Source: a virus
Reading direction: 5' to 3' (one strand)
Virus record (IMG/VR): IMGVR_UViG_3300042691_053605
Location: 64,001-128,000 of that record
Length of the DNA stretch: 64,000 nt
This document shows positions 29,903 through 38,965 of the stretch, piece by piece. How positions within the stretch are numbered: the first letter of the stretch is position 1; the number at the start of each line of letters is the position of its first letter. Position numbers and translations under genes: made by a program. Below the pieces are notes generated by a model, which was not told where the DNA came from, ran no database searches, and saw only the letters and a list, made by a program, of their open reading frames with translations.

Positions 29903-30444
29903 TTAGGTATTCCGATAAGAACTTTTGTTTTCATTGGACCGCCGGTGAGTTTTCTGTCGTAACTGCCATCAGGATTCATTTTGATATCCTTGTTTAGCAC
30001 TTTACGAATTTCTTTCTCATCTTTGATATGGGTCAACCCAAATTTTTGTGCAAGATCTGGATCAACCTCGGCGTAAAAGCCTCTGGTTTTCATCAGTTCA
30101 ATCATTTTTAGTACTGCATCCTTCTTTGCCTGTGTACCACCGTCCTGACCCATTACAGTCATTTTTACTCCATGCGGTGTTGGTTTACCACCAAGTACTA
30201 CATCCGCGTCAGGATCGGTATCAACATCTTTTGCAATCCAATAAGTAACATCAGAACCTTTAAGATCTGAACCTTTTTTGAATTCCACGTTTCCGCCTTT
30301 ACCTGCATACGCCTTATTAATAAGATCCACAATTTCATCAGCGTAATCCAGCAGCTCTGATTGCGGTATATCCACAAATATTTGTTTAGGATGTGCATCC
30401 GCAAAACTTTCAGCTAGCCAAGAGGCATAATTTAGAATTTTCAT
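29899..30444 (-). CDS. Putative internal head protein (possibly GNAT-like fold)
   Basis: MKILNYASWLAE N-terminus; DLINKAY.GKGG motif. Confidence 0.5.
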   Translation of the reverse strand: MKILNYASWLAESFADAHPKQIFVDIPQSELLDYADEIVDLINKAYAGKGGNVEFKKGSDLKGSDVTYWIAKDVDTDPDADVVLGGKPTPHGVKMTVMGQDGGTQAKKDAVLKMIELMKTRGFYAEVDPDLAQKFGLTHIKDEKEIRKVLNKDIKMNPDGSYDRKLTGGPMKTKVLIGIPK

Positions 30445-30451
30445 ACCTTAT

Positions 30452-31060
30452 TTATCTTGGAGTAGTAATGTCCTTAGACTCTAGCAGAGTATATGTAAAT
30501 GAGTTGCCCCACAGATTTTTTGCGGATCTGCAAATTTCCATAAAGGTGTAAAAGTCTTTTTTCCTCTTAAACACTTGGCAGCCTTCTGACCAGTTTTCTA
30601 CATAGGTTGAATCTTCACCAGCATGATGGATATTAATTCCAAACCCGGTTCCTTCGTCATATAAAGTGCCATCAAATACCATATCGCGGTCAGAATCCCG
30701 GTAAACTTTAAGAAGACCTTTTTGACGCAGGGCTTCATAGTTTTTATGTGGACCTATCATATGAGAGCCAGGGTACTGACCCGGAATTAACCGGGCCACA
30801 CCTTGACGATTTCCATATTCCATGACACCTTTTTTCCCAGGATCTGTGGTAATAATCCACTCATGGTATTTCCACACTTCATTAATTTTGTACACAAGAC
30901 ACATTCTGTCGTCAAACAAATTCGTTACCGCATTTCCTACATCACTATTCCGAACTCCTACTATATTAAGATTGTAATTTCCTTCGTCAAACCAACGGTA
31001 GCCTTTTGACTTTACCGTGGCCTCAATTTGCCCGTGTGTCCAATTCATTGAAGTTTCCAT
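30452..31060 (-). CDS. YkuD / L,D-transpeptidase-like peptidoglycan enzyme
   Basis: GINIHHAG...WSEGCQV (H...SxGC) motif; coupled to endolysin. Confidence 0.6.
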   Translation of the reverse strand: METSMNWTHGQIEATVKSKGYRWFDEGNYNLNIVGVRNSDVGNAVTNLFDDRMCLVYKINEVWKYHEWIITTDPGKKGVMEYGNRQGVARLIPGQYPGSHMIGPHKNYEALRQKGLLKVYRDSDRDMVFDGTLYDEGTGFGINIHHAGEDSTYVENWSEGCQVFKRKKDFYTFMEICRSAKNLWGNSFTYTLLESKDITTPR

Positions 31061-31896
31061 TATTTTAGAAGCGCGTAATACTCTTTGAAATGCTTAATGC
31101 GGTCAGCCAATCCAATGGTTCCACCGTTAACTCTTTTAGTTACCGCTGTTACTGTTGCGTCATCCGCGCCTTTATCACAAATACTCCACAATTTGTTGGA
31201 ATCAAAGAAAAAAGCAGCAGAAGCCAGCGCATATTTAGAAGCAACTAAATCAGGAGCGGCTACGCAGTCTTCTCCAATAAACTTAGTAAAGGCAGTATAG
31301 TTACTTTTACCAGTCAATTGGATATATCCACGACCGCGGTAGTTCCAACCATCTTTGGAAGCCTCGTCTCCGTTACCCATACGGCTTGCGTATACTCGAG
31401 CGGCAATTTTTTCCGGTTGACGAGCATAAGAGGCGGAAAGATCTCCAGGAAAGTATTTTCCAAAAATCTTCTTTAGCCCATCTGCACTGTAATTAAGATT
31501 TTCAGCAACCGCCTTAAATCCTCCACTTTCATGTCCACACTGGGCTAAGAAATGTGCAAGTCTAAGACTGTTAGTGATATTAAATTTTGCAGCAGTGTCA
31601 GGAATTTGAGCAAGTACAGCGTCAGGAATATGTCCTTTTAATTTGTCTAACTTAAATCCGGAAGCTGATGGAGCAGCCGCAACTGGAGCCGCTGTTTCAG
31701 CAACATGAACTGCGCCAAGACCCATACGTTCCCATGTGGCGTTACCAACAATACCGTCAGCAGACAATCCGTGTTTTTCTTGCCATATCTTTACAGCAGC
31801 CTCGGTGCCAGGACCGAAAGCTCCATCATCAGCAAGTCCTAAAAATCTTTGAAGAGACTTTACCTCTTCGCCAGATGATCCTTTTTTCAATAACAT
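31060..31896 (-). CDS. Endolysin: PG-binding domain + glycoside hydrolase family 19
   Basis: DGAFGPGTEAAV...DGIVG; AHFLAQCGHESGG, ENLNYS, YRGRGYIQLTGK, VTKRVNGG. Confidence 0.92.
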   Translation of the reverse strand: MLLKKGSSGEEVKSLQRFLGLADDGAFGPGTEAAVKIWQEKHGLSADGIVGNATWERMGLGAVHVAETAAPVAAAPSASGFKLDKLKGHIPDAVLAQIPDTAAKFNITNSLRLAHFLAQCGHESGGFKAVAENLNYSADGLKKIFGKYFPGDLSASYARQPEKIAARVYASRMGNGDEASKDGWNYRGRGYIQLTGKSNYTAFTKFIGEDCVAAPDLVASKYALASAAFFFDSNKLWSICDKGADDATVTAVTKRVNGGTIGLADRIKHFKEYYALLK

Positions 31897-31911
31897 ATTT
31901 GATTGTTTATT

Positions 31912-32280
31912 TTAGCATTCACAAGGTTCTTGACCACAATTAGGGCAAGTAGAATCAACAGAAACCACTTCAGCAGCCTCCTCCTTTTTTACCGGTGTGG
32001 TGGCCTGATTAATATCCTTTTTTGCAGCAGTAAACTTATCAACAGATGACAATCCAAGAGTTGCAAATGCCAATAGAGCAACTGCATCTACAAGGTATTG
32101 CGCAGGAGCAATATCTACAGTTGAAAAACTGTTGTGATACATGGTAACGCAAAGTGTAGCAGCACACATAACGCCAACTAGTCTTTTTGATGATGGTACT
32201 CCTTTTTCATCTTTGAAAAGTCCGCCTGACCATTTTTTCAAGTCTTCAAACCATTTTTTGATGTTTTCAAATAGTTTCAT
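31912..32280 (-). CDS. Holin-like membrane protein
   Basis: SSKR motif followed by two hydrophobic segments, directly upstream of endolysin. Confidence 0.6.
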   Translation of the reverse strand: MKLFENIKKWFEDLKKWSGGLFKDEKGVPSSKRLVGVMCAATLCVTMYHNSFSTVDIAPAQYLVDAVALLAFATLGLSSVDKFTAAKKDINQATTPVKKEEAAEVVSVDSTCPNCGQEPCEC

Positions 32281-32297
32281 TGTTTTGTTTTGTTATT

Positions 32298-32870
32298 TTA
32301 TTCCTTCGTCTCACTGGCGTATTTAACACCCATTATCGTTCCCACTATTGAAAAAGCATTTGTAAGAAGTATTCCAAACATATTGCTCCAGGTACTTCCT
32401 ATAATTTGTGTATCTTTATCTGTAATCATAGCAACCGCGTACATTCCTGTGGTAATTACTCCCACGCTTCCAATTACAATCAGTGCAACTTTTACAATTA
32501 AACCCATAAGCTCAAATTGCGATTTTTTCTGTGCAACTTCTAAATCATTTAAAGCTGCATCTTTTGCAGCTTCTGCTTTTTTCTTTGCATCTTCCGCATC
32601 TGATAACGCACTTTTGAGTTCTTCATTTATTCTAACAATCTCTTCTTCGGTTTCCTGTAGCTCACGATTTCTCTCTTGTACCTGTTTAGTAATTTCAAGT
32701 CTTCGTTTGCGTGTTTCCTTATCTTTATCTGTAGATTCTTTTATGTAGGTTGCAAATTCAGTATCGCCAGCATCCGCTTCCAACAACTTAAGAATATTGC
32801 CTTCCAGCGTTATTCTTTTTGTACGTTGTACCTCTAATAGCCAATCTCTTACTGTTTTATCAACTTTCAT
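32298..32870 (-). CDS. Coiled-coil membrane protein (two C-terminal TM segments)
   Basis: Long heptad helix (ELKSALSDAEDAKKKAEAAK) then two hydrophobic segments; coupled to the receiver gene. Confidence 0.65.
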   Translation of the reverse strand: MKVDKTVRDWLLEVQRTKRITLEGNILKLLEADAGDTEFATYIKESTDKDKETRKRRLEITKQVQERNRELQETEEEIVRINEELKSALSDAEDAKKKAEAAKDAALNDLEVAQKKSQFELMGLIVKVALIVIGSVGVITTGMYAVAMITDKDTQIIGSTWSNMFGILLTNAFSIVGTIMGVKYASETKE

Positions 32871-33301
32871 TATTTGTATATCTTAAAGGGAGCAGACTTA
32901 CTTTTGTAACTGTCAAAATCTTTTTTGAAATCTTCTAAACGAGGCTCAATATCATCACTCTTAATAATCCAGAACTGTGCACCGGCTTTTTGCGCCTTTG
33001 TTTGCTCCTCGGGTTCATTAGAAGAGGAAATAATGCCAATTACCACGCCATCTCCGTATTCAAAATTTATTTTACGGATAAGTTCAATGCCATCATAAGA
33101 AGATCCAATAATGTTTAGATCTACAAATACGCATTCGGGTTTTCCCGCAGAGTCTTGCTGCCATGCAGCAAATAAACGCGCTGCTTGATCCGCGCTATCA
33201 ATACATTCCAACGTTAGAGAGATATCTAACAAACTGCATGCATCTTCAAAAACAAGATGGAAGAGGCTTTCATCGTCAACCAACAAGATTGATTCAATCA
33301 T
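32870..33301 (-). CDS. Single-domain response regulator (receiver only)
   Basis: ILLVDD, VFVDLN (phospho-Asp), DGIEL, ISSS, IIK; no output domain. Confidence 0.9.
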   Translation of the reverse strand: MIESILLVDDESLFHLVFEDACSLLDISLTLECIDSADQAARLFAAWQQDSAGKPECVFVDLNIIGSSYDGIELIRKINFEYGDGVVIGIISSSNEPEEQTKAQKAGAQFWIIKSDDIEPRLEDFKKDFDSYKSKSAPFKIYK

Positions 33302-34631
33302 TTTGTATGCTTATTTTCATTTTAGTGCCTTTTGGCAATTTTTCACAATCCAAGCGATAACCGTGTTCCACAAAAATTGCGTTTGTGATGTTAAGACCCA
33401 AACCTTCTCCGCCATCTACCGCATTTTGAGTATCAATTTTATGCTCCAAAACTTTTTGAAACTCCTTTGGTGATAAGCCTCGTCCGTTATCCTCTACACA
33501 TATAATGTTATCAGTTCTATATATCTTTACAGCCTTTTCTGCGCTGTCATTGTACTTTAATCCGTTACGTACTAAATTATCAATACCACTGCAAAAAAGT
33601 ATCGGATTAACGTTTTCAGTGCCAAGATCTTCCACTGTTACCTGGGATCCATAAGATGTATTTGAAAAGTATTTCAGCAGTTCATCTTTTAGGTTTACTT
33701 CTTTTTTCTCAAGAACTACATTTTCTTTTACCAGATTTGTAAATTCGTACACATTTTTATACACCTTTTGTGTATGCGCAAGCCCTTCTTTAATCATTTT
33801 TATTGCACCGTCAATCTTAAGCTCTTTCATTTTTTCTTCATCTACGCGCCTTTCCAGCGATGTTATTCCACGGGGCATATAGGTATTAATACCGCTGTGC
33901 ATATCGTGACGTATTAAACGCGCGGCATGGTCAAGATATGTGTTTTTCTTATTAATGTCTCTTATTTGTTCCTCGATCTCAACATCCTGTACCTGTATTT
34001 TTTTCCTTTGTAAAACCACTGCGGTAACCAGACCAAGGGCAGTAATTATACCAAAAGCAATATAGAGATATCTCTTTAACTTATTTTGTTCTACCTTTAG
34101 TTCATCATTTTGGCCTACCAGATTTCCGTTTTCATCTTTTAATTCACCTTCGGTTAACGTTAAATTAATGATGCTCTTTTCTTTTTCCAACACAGTCAAA
34201 GTTCCTTGTTTTGACTTAATAAGTTCCTGTTTTGCTCTCTCTTTAATTAACTTATCAATTTCCTGTTTTAATTGTGCAATCTTATTGTCAATTTGTATTA
34301 AGACAGTTTTCAAATTTTCTTTAGGCAGTTCCTCATAAGAAGGCGGAAGATCTGCCATAAATTTAACGTCCTCCTCTAAAAGTTTAACGTCCTCTTGCGT
34401 TAGTTCCTCTTTTGGCTCCTCAAAGATTTTTTCTGGCTTAACCCAGTTTGGGACAATTTTGTCAATCATATCCGTAATAATGTTTGACTCTAAAACGGTG
34501 TCCTTTTTTAACACATCAAGTTTCTTTTCCGGGTTTACCCAACTTGGATTAATTCTTACGTCATCCAGCGTATCTTGCGAAAACGCACCAATTGAAATGA
34601 CAAATAATGGTATCAATAATAATGTTTTCAT
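33294..34631 (-). CDS. Membrane sensor histidine kinase (signal peptide, extracytoplasmic coiled coil, one TM)
   Basis: H-box RHDMHSGIN, N-box NLVRNGLKY, EDNGRG, GEGLGL. Confidence 0.9.
   Translation of the reverse strand: MKTLLLIPLFVISIGAFSQDTLDDVRINPSWVNPEKKLDVLKKDTVLESNIITDMIDKIVPNWVKPEKIFEEPKEELTQEDVKLLEEDVKFMADLPPSYEELPKENLKTVLIQIDNKIAQLKQEIDKLIKERAKQELIKSKQGTLTVLEKEKSIINLTLTEGELKDENGNLVGQNDELKVEQNKLKRYLYIAFGIITALGLVTAVVLQRKKIQVQDVEIEEQIRDINKKNTYLDHAARLIRHDMHSGINTYMPRGITSLERRVDEEKMKELKIDGAIKMIKEGLAHTQKVYKNVYEFTNLVKENVVLEKKEVNLKDELLKYFSNTSYGSQVTVEDLGTENVNPILFCSGIDNLVRNGLKYNDSAEKAVKIYRTDNIICVEDNGRGLSPKEFQKVLEHKIDTQNAVDGGEGLGLNITNAIFVEHGYRLDCEKLPKGTKMKISIQND
33874..33911. repeat. 38-bp exact repeat, copy 1 (H-box of kinase 1)
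   Basis: ggcatataggtattaataccgctgtgcatatcgtgacg, identical to 35872-35909. Confidence 0.9.
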
Positions 34632-35293
34632 TGTTTTGCCTCCTTATCAAGACGGTTCCATTTAGTACGGTATTTCCAAACTTTTCTTTTTGTGGATTCT
34701 TCGCTACCTAAACGTTGGATTTTTATTTTGCTTCTGAATTCAAACCAGGCGGCCTGATTGACGCCATAAGTTTCTACAAATTTCTTATATTTTTTATACT
34801 CTTTCTTTGACATTTTTTGAAGGGAATACCCAAAGTCATAATTTATTAAGTAGTACTCCGATAAATCCATTATGTATATAGTAGTGTCGTCGGGATACTG
34901 GGTATACACTAGTGAAGGGCCAAGCGCCCAGCTCCATAGGCTGTCCAGGACATACTGGTTTTTTGTTTCTCCGCTGCCATTTATTTTAGCTATTGAGTCT
35001 ATTATGTTTTTTTGTATTCCATTTAGCTGTTTTAGCACTCGGTTTTCTTCTAACAAAATTTGATTAATTTGACTTAGGCTATCAATAAAAAGTTTGTTTT
35101 TAGAATCTTTTTTCCGGTATTCCTTAGTCTCCGCAACTTTTTTATCAATCATTTGATTAATTTTTTCAGATTGCTCAATGGTTAATATGATAACCGAATC
35201 GCCTTTGAAGATTGTTTTGATAGGGTACTGGTTTTGTGATAAACCAACTACCACTGAAAAAAAGATTGCAGTGGTAAGCAGAAAATTTTTCAT
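34628..35293 (-). CDS. Secreted/periplasmic coiled-coil protein between the two kinases
   Basis: N-terminal signal peptide MKNFLLTTAIFFSVVVGLSQ. Confidence 0.65.
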   Translation of the reverse strand: MKNFLLTTAIFFSVVVGLSQNQYPIKTIFKGDSVIILTIEQSEKINQMIDKKVAETKEYRKKDSKNKLFIDSLSQINQILLEENRVLKQLNGIQKNIIDSIAKINGSGETKNQYVLDSLWSWALGPSLVYTQYPDDTTIYIMDLSEYYLINYDFGYSLQKMSKKEYKKYKKFVETYGVNQAAWFEFRSKIKIQRLGSEESTKRKVWKYRTKWNRLDKEAKQ

Positions 35294-35294
35294 C

Positions 35295-36557
35295 TTAATG
35301 TAGACTTATTTTCATTTGTGTGCCACCTTGCGGCAGCTTATTGCAATCTACCGAAAAATTGTGTTCTTCTAAAATTGCAATACAGATGTTTAGGCCTAAA
35401 CCGGTACCGGTTTCTTTTTGGCCTTCCTTTCGAGTATACGGCTGTGACAAGTGCTTAAAGTCTTCTTGACTCATTCCACGTCCATTATCTTCTATAAAAA
35501 TATCATTGTCAATACGATAAATCTTTACCTTTTTGCAATCGCTATCATTATACTTTAGTCCGTTTCTTATTAGGTTATCAACCGCGGTACAAAAAAGAGC
35601 TTCATTAACTTCGGAGGTTCCCAGATCTTCAATTTCAACTTGTGGACGATACGCGGTAGCAGAGAGATAGTCCTCTAAAATTTCTTTAAGATTGCAACTT
35701 TCTGTATTTAGCACCGCATCTTTTTTGACAAGATTTGTAAATTCGTAAACGCCTTTGTAAACTTTTTGAGTATGACGAAGACCTTCTTTAATCATTTTTA
35801 GCGGAGCATCAATCTTTAATTCCTTTTGTTTATCTTCAGGCATTCTTCGCTCAAATGAGGAAAGGCCACGCGGCATATAGGTATTAATACCGCTGTGCAT
35901 ATCGTGACGAATAATTTTTGCGGCATGTTCTAAATAAGTGTTTTTCTTTTCAAGCTCCTTTGAAGATTTTACAATATCTGTAATGTCTTGCCGAATAGAG
36001 GAAAAGCCTTCAAGCTCTCCATTTCGATCAAATCGGGCACGAATGTAGGTATCTACATAATAAAGTTCTCCACTTTTTGTTCGGTTGGTTACTACGTCGT
36101 TCCAAATGCCACCAGCTAGTACAGTTTTATACATTTCTCCCCAATATCCATCTGGTTGAACTCCGGAATTTACGATACTGTGATCCTTTCCAATTACTTC
36201 TTCTAGTTTCCAACCTGACACCTCTTCAAATTTCTTATTTACATAAGTAATTTTGCCGTATCGATCTGCAAGCGAAATAATTGAAGACGCATCAATAAAG
36301 CCGTCGGTGCCAGCAATTCGCCTTTGCATATCATCAATATGTTCTTTTTGAATTTTCTTAATAGCGCCAATTGTACTTCTAACCAAATAGGTAAACAGCG
36401 GAATAAATGAAAGAAAGCAAATGTATTCAATACTTCGCGTAAGACTGGTTGATTCGCAAACCTCAATAAATACTAAGGTTTTTACTATTGAAAAGATTAC
36501 GATATCTACACAAGTTAGTGCAAATATAGCTTTTGTTAAGAAGGAATAGATTTTCAC
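35295..36557 (-). CDS. PAS-domain sensor histidine kinase (two N-terminal TMs)
   Basis: PAS/PAC (DRYGKITYVN...NRTKSGELYYV), H-box RHDMHSGIN, NLIRNGLKY, EDNGRG, GTGLGL. Confidence 0.92.
   Translation of the reverse strand: MKIYSFLTKAIFALTCVDIVIFSIVKTLVFIEVCESTSLTRSIEYICFLSFIPLFTYLVRSTIGAIKKIQKEHIDDMQRRIAGTDGFIDASSIISLADRYGKITYVNKKFEEVSGWKLEEVIGKDHSIVNSGVQPDGYWGEMYKTVLAGGIWNDVVTNRTKSGELYYVDTYIRARFDRNGELEGFSSIRQDITDIVKSSKELEKKNTYLEHAAKIIRHDMHSGINTYMPRGLSSFERRMPEDKQKELKIDAPLKMIKEGLRHTQKVYKGVYEFTNLVKKDAVLNTESCNLKEILEDYLSATAYRPQVEIEDLGTSEVNEALFCTAVDNLIRNGLKYNDSDCKKVKIYRIDNDIFIEDNGRGMSQEDFKHLSQPYTRKEGQKETGTGLGLNICIAILEEHNFSVDCNKLPQGGTQMKISLH
35872..35909. repeat. 38-bp exact repeat, copy 2 (H-box of kinase 2)
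   Basis: Identical to 33874-33911. Confidence 0.9.
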
Positions 36558-37621
36558 AGCATGGATTTGACTTTTTGAACGTACTCGTCCACAAAAGCCC
36601 GGAGTTTATCCGCTGCGGCCTGGGCGGCTGGAGTCGTTATTTTATCCAATTTAGATGAGTTTGCAGCGGTATACATTTTATCAATATACCGGTTTCTAAC
36701 CGCATCTAAAAGTTCCGCTCCTGATTTGTACTTAATGACCGTACCGAATTCACCTAATTGCTCAAGTGTATCTGCAACTGCGCGGATTCCATCGCATAAG
36801 TCTTCAAATCTTGGATTGGACGGATCAATACCTTTCCAGCTTTTTAATGACTGGGAAGGGTTAAACTCTTTTTCCGTACCCGACTCTTGCCAAAAGAACT
36901 TGGCAATATCCACCATAAATGTATTAATGTCTTTTGTTATTAACCGGTCTTCAACACCGGCTCTTTTACTGTATGAAACCATTTGAGTGCCCCCAAATTT
37001 AGCACGGATTCCGCGAGGCTGTATACTTATTTCCAGAACCTCTCCAAAAGACGAATAGAGGTTTCCAAGTACAAATCCTTTTACATTTCTGATTGGCGTC
37101 ATTCTAAAAATTGCCCAGTCTTTATACCCAGTATGAGTAACCACCATGTCCACCTGAATCCAGCCATCGCCTTCTGGAGTGGCCACCTTCATAATCAGTT
37201 TTACCGATGACGGATCTGAAATTTTCCGTGATTCCTCAATGTCAATAAATGAATATGACTTCTTGGAAAGGAAGTCAAGTAACTCATTATTGTAAAGTTT
37301 TACTGTAGCAATTTCGTTGGATCTTTCATCCTTGCCAGTTAAATCAAGCGTAGGATAAGCAACCATAAAGTCTATGTCGCCATAGACTTTATCAGGCTGC
37401 GAAATAATATCGTCTTCATACCAGGTTCCGCTTCCAATAGGTTTGGAAAAATCAAGTGGAGGCAGCTCAATGGTTTTACAGTGAGCTGCAAATTCGGAAC
37501 CAATGATCTGAAGTTTTTTAACGCCGTCTGCTATAATTTTTGGCTTAATGAGAGTGGACTGGGTCTTTACAGATGCCCAGCCGCCCTCGGCTAACCAGTT
37601 TTCATACAGACGTACATACAT
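36554..37621 (-). CDS. Pol-beta-superfamily nucleotidyltransferase-like protein with capsid-targeting N-terminus
   Basis: IGSG...YGDIDFMV and IQVDMV catalytic Asp pattern; MYVRLYENWLAE start. Confidence 0.6.
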   Translation of the reverse strand: MYVRLYENWLAEGGWASVKTQSTLIKPKIIADGVKKLQIIGSEFAAHCKTIELPPLDFSKPIGSGTWYEDDIISQPDKVYGDIDFMVAYPTLDLTGKDERSNEIATVKLYNNELLDFLSKKSYSFIDIEESRKISDPSSVKLIMKVATPEGDGWIQVDMVVTHTGYKDWAIFRMTPIRNVKGFVLGNLYSSFGEVLEISIQPRGIRAKFGGTQMVSYSKRAGVEDRLITKDINTFMVDIAKFFWQESGTEKEFNPSQSLKSWKGIDPSNPRFEDLCDGIRAVADTLEQLGEFGTVIKYKSGAELLDAVRNRYIDKMYTAANSSKLDKITTPAAQAAADKLRAFVDEYVQKVKSML

Positions 37622-38211
37622 TATTGTTCGGTTGTTTCGTTACCAGGAAGAACTTGATCAACTACGTTTTCCTTTCCATAAACTGCCAAGTTAACTTGGT
37701 GAGTAATTGGAACATTACGTAAAACTTCTGAACCAATCATATTGTTATAGCTAGGATAGGTTTGGAAATTTTCAGCAAGAAAACTTTCAAAATCTGCTAC
37801 CGCATTGGCAGAAACACCTTCTTTAATTTTGTAAGTTTTACCTTCAAATTCAAATTCAGTCTTTCCTTCCTCTTTTGCTTTTGCAACGGCACCAGAAAAT
37901 TTGTTTCCTTCATCAACCTCAGTGTCGTCTTCTACTTCAGCATTTACATCATCGGCGGCGTCAGAAGCAGGAGTTTCGGTATCATCACCTTTTGGATCTT
38001 CAGCAGGCTCTTCGTCAGGACGCTCTGTATTAGAAGGTTCTGTGCCTTTTGCATCCGGAGTTTCTTCAGGCTTTTCTGCTGTTGGAACTTCATCTTTTGG
38101 AGCTTCGGCATTGGCGGTAGTTTCCGCATCGCCTGTTTCAGGCTTTTTCTTAGGATCCGTATTAGGATTTTCATCCTGCAGGAACTCGTCAAATTTCTTT
38201 ACGTGTTTCAT
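37621..38211 (-). CDS. Acidic low-complexity putative internal head protein
   Basis: MKHVKKFDEFLQDE start, internal DFESFLAE, KTEFEFEGKTY motif. Confidence 0.6.
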   Translation of the reverse strand: MKHVKKFDEFLQDENPNTDPKKKPETGDAETTANAEAPKDEVPTAEKPEETPDAKGTEPSNTERPDEEPAEDPKGDDTETPASDAADDVNAEVEDDTEVDEGNKFSGAVAKAKEEGKTEFEFEGKTYKIKEGVSANAVADFESFLAENFQTYPSYNNMIGSEVLRNVPITHQVNLAVYGKENVVDQVLPGNETTEQ

Positions 38212-38231
38212 ATTTTGCTTTATTTTCTAAG

Positions 38232-38240
38232 CTATATATC
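38232..38240 (-). promoter_or_regulatory. Late-type promoter GATATATAG
   Basis: Heads the 38211-to-30452 run containing the two-component and lysis genes. Confidence 0.6.
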
Positions 38241-38246
38241 ACAGAA

Positions 38247-38942
38247 TTATTCTGATACTCCGTACGATTCTAGCAAAGAGTTGATTAGTGTTTCTATTTG
38301 TAGGTAGAGATTAAACTGTAAAGTGTTTTCCATTGTGACAGAAACGTCCTTCATAGGAATGACTGTGTTGTCACGAAATGAAATAAGTCTTTCAACCGTG
38401 CCATCAGTGTTTCTTAATGTGGTAGGAAAGTTAGGGTCTGTAAAGGTATCAAAAGAAATATCCGGTGAATACTTTATGAATGACGAAAGAGTTTCAATAT
38501 TAGGTATAATCTTTGTTTCTTCTTTTACAACTATTTCATCACGATTAACACTTAAATCATCAGAGTAGATTTTAACATCACTAAAGCTTGCAGGGACTGT
38601 CGCATCTATGAGTGCTGCGCTAATCTCCCCAACCCAAGAACCTACTGCATCCCAGTTATATGTTACTTCAGCAGATTTAAGCACCGGTAAAAAGAGATCC
38701 TTTACGCCGTATAACTGAACACTGGTAAGAAGAACTTCCTTGTCTAAGTCTTTTCCACTATAATCAATATTTACTGTAAAGGTTGATCCGTATCCACCAG
38801 ATATAGTGGTAACATTTGCAATTTCACCGCTATAAGCAGTGCCATCTATTTTAACTGATGCAGTTCCTACGGTGGTTGGCTCATTAAATTCTATACCTTT
38901 TGAAGATGCGTATAGAGTAACGTTAATTTGTATTGCTGCCAT
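38247..38942 (-). CDS. Hypothetical beta-rich virion protein
   Basis: 231-aa ORF behind a late-type promoter. Confidence 0.55.
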   Translation of the reverse strand: MAAIQINVTLYASSKGIEFNEPTTVGTASVKIDGTAYSGEIANVTTISGGYGSTFTVNIDYSGKDLDKEVLLTSVQLYGVKDLFLPVLKSAEVTYNWDAVGSWVGEISAALIDATVPASFSDVKIYSDDLSVNRDEIVVKEETKIIPNIETLSSFIKYSPDISFDTFTDPNFPTTLRNTDGTVERLISFRDNTVIPMKDVSVTMENTLQFNLYLQIETLINSLLESYGVSE

Positions 38943-38956
38943 GCTTATTGGTTTTA

Positions 38957-38965
38957 CTATATATC
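38957..38965 (-). promoter_or_regulatory. Late-type promoter GATATATAG
   Basis: Directly after terminator, before 38942 start. Confidence 0.6.

Noticed and set aside
32298-36557. Two-component genes as a host-contaminant or chimeric segment
   Set aside because: Overlap-coupled with flanking phage genes on the same strand, with no visible junction or mobile-element ends
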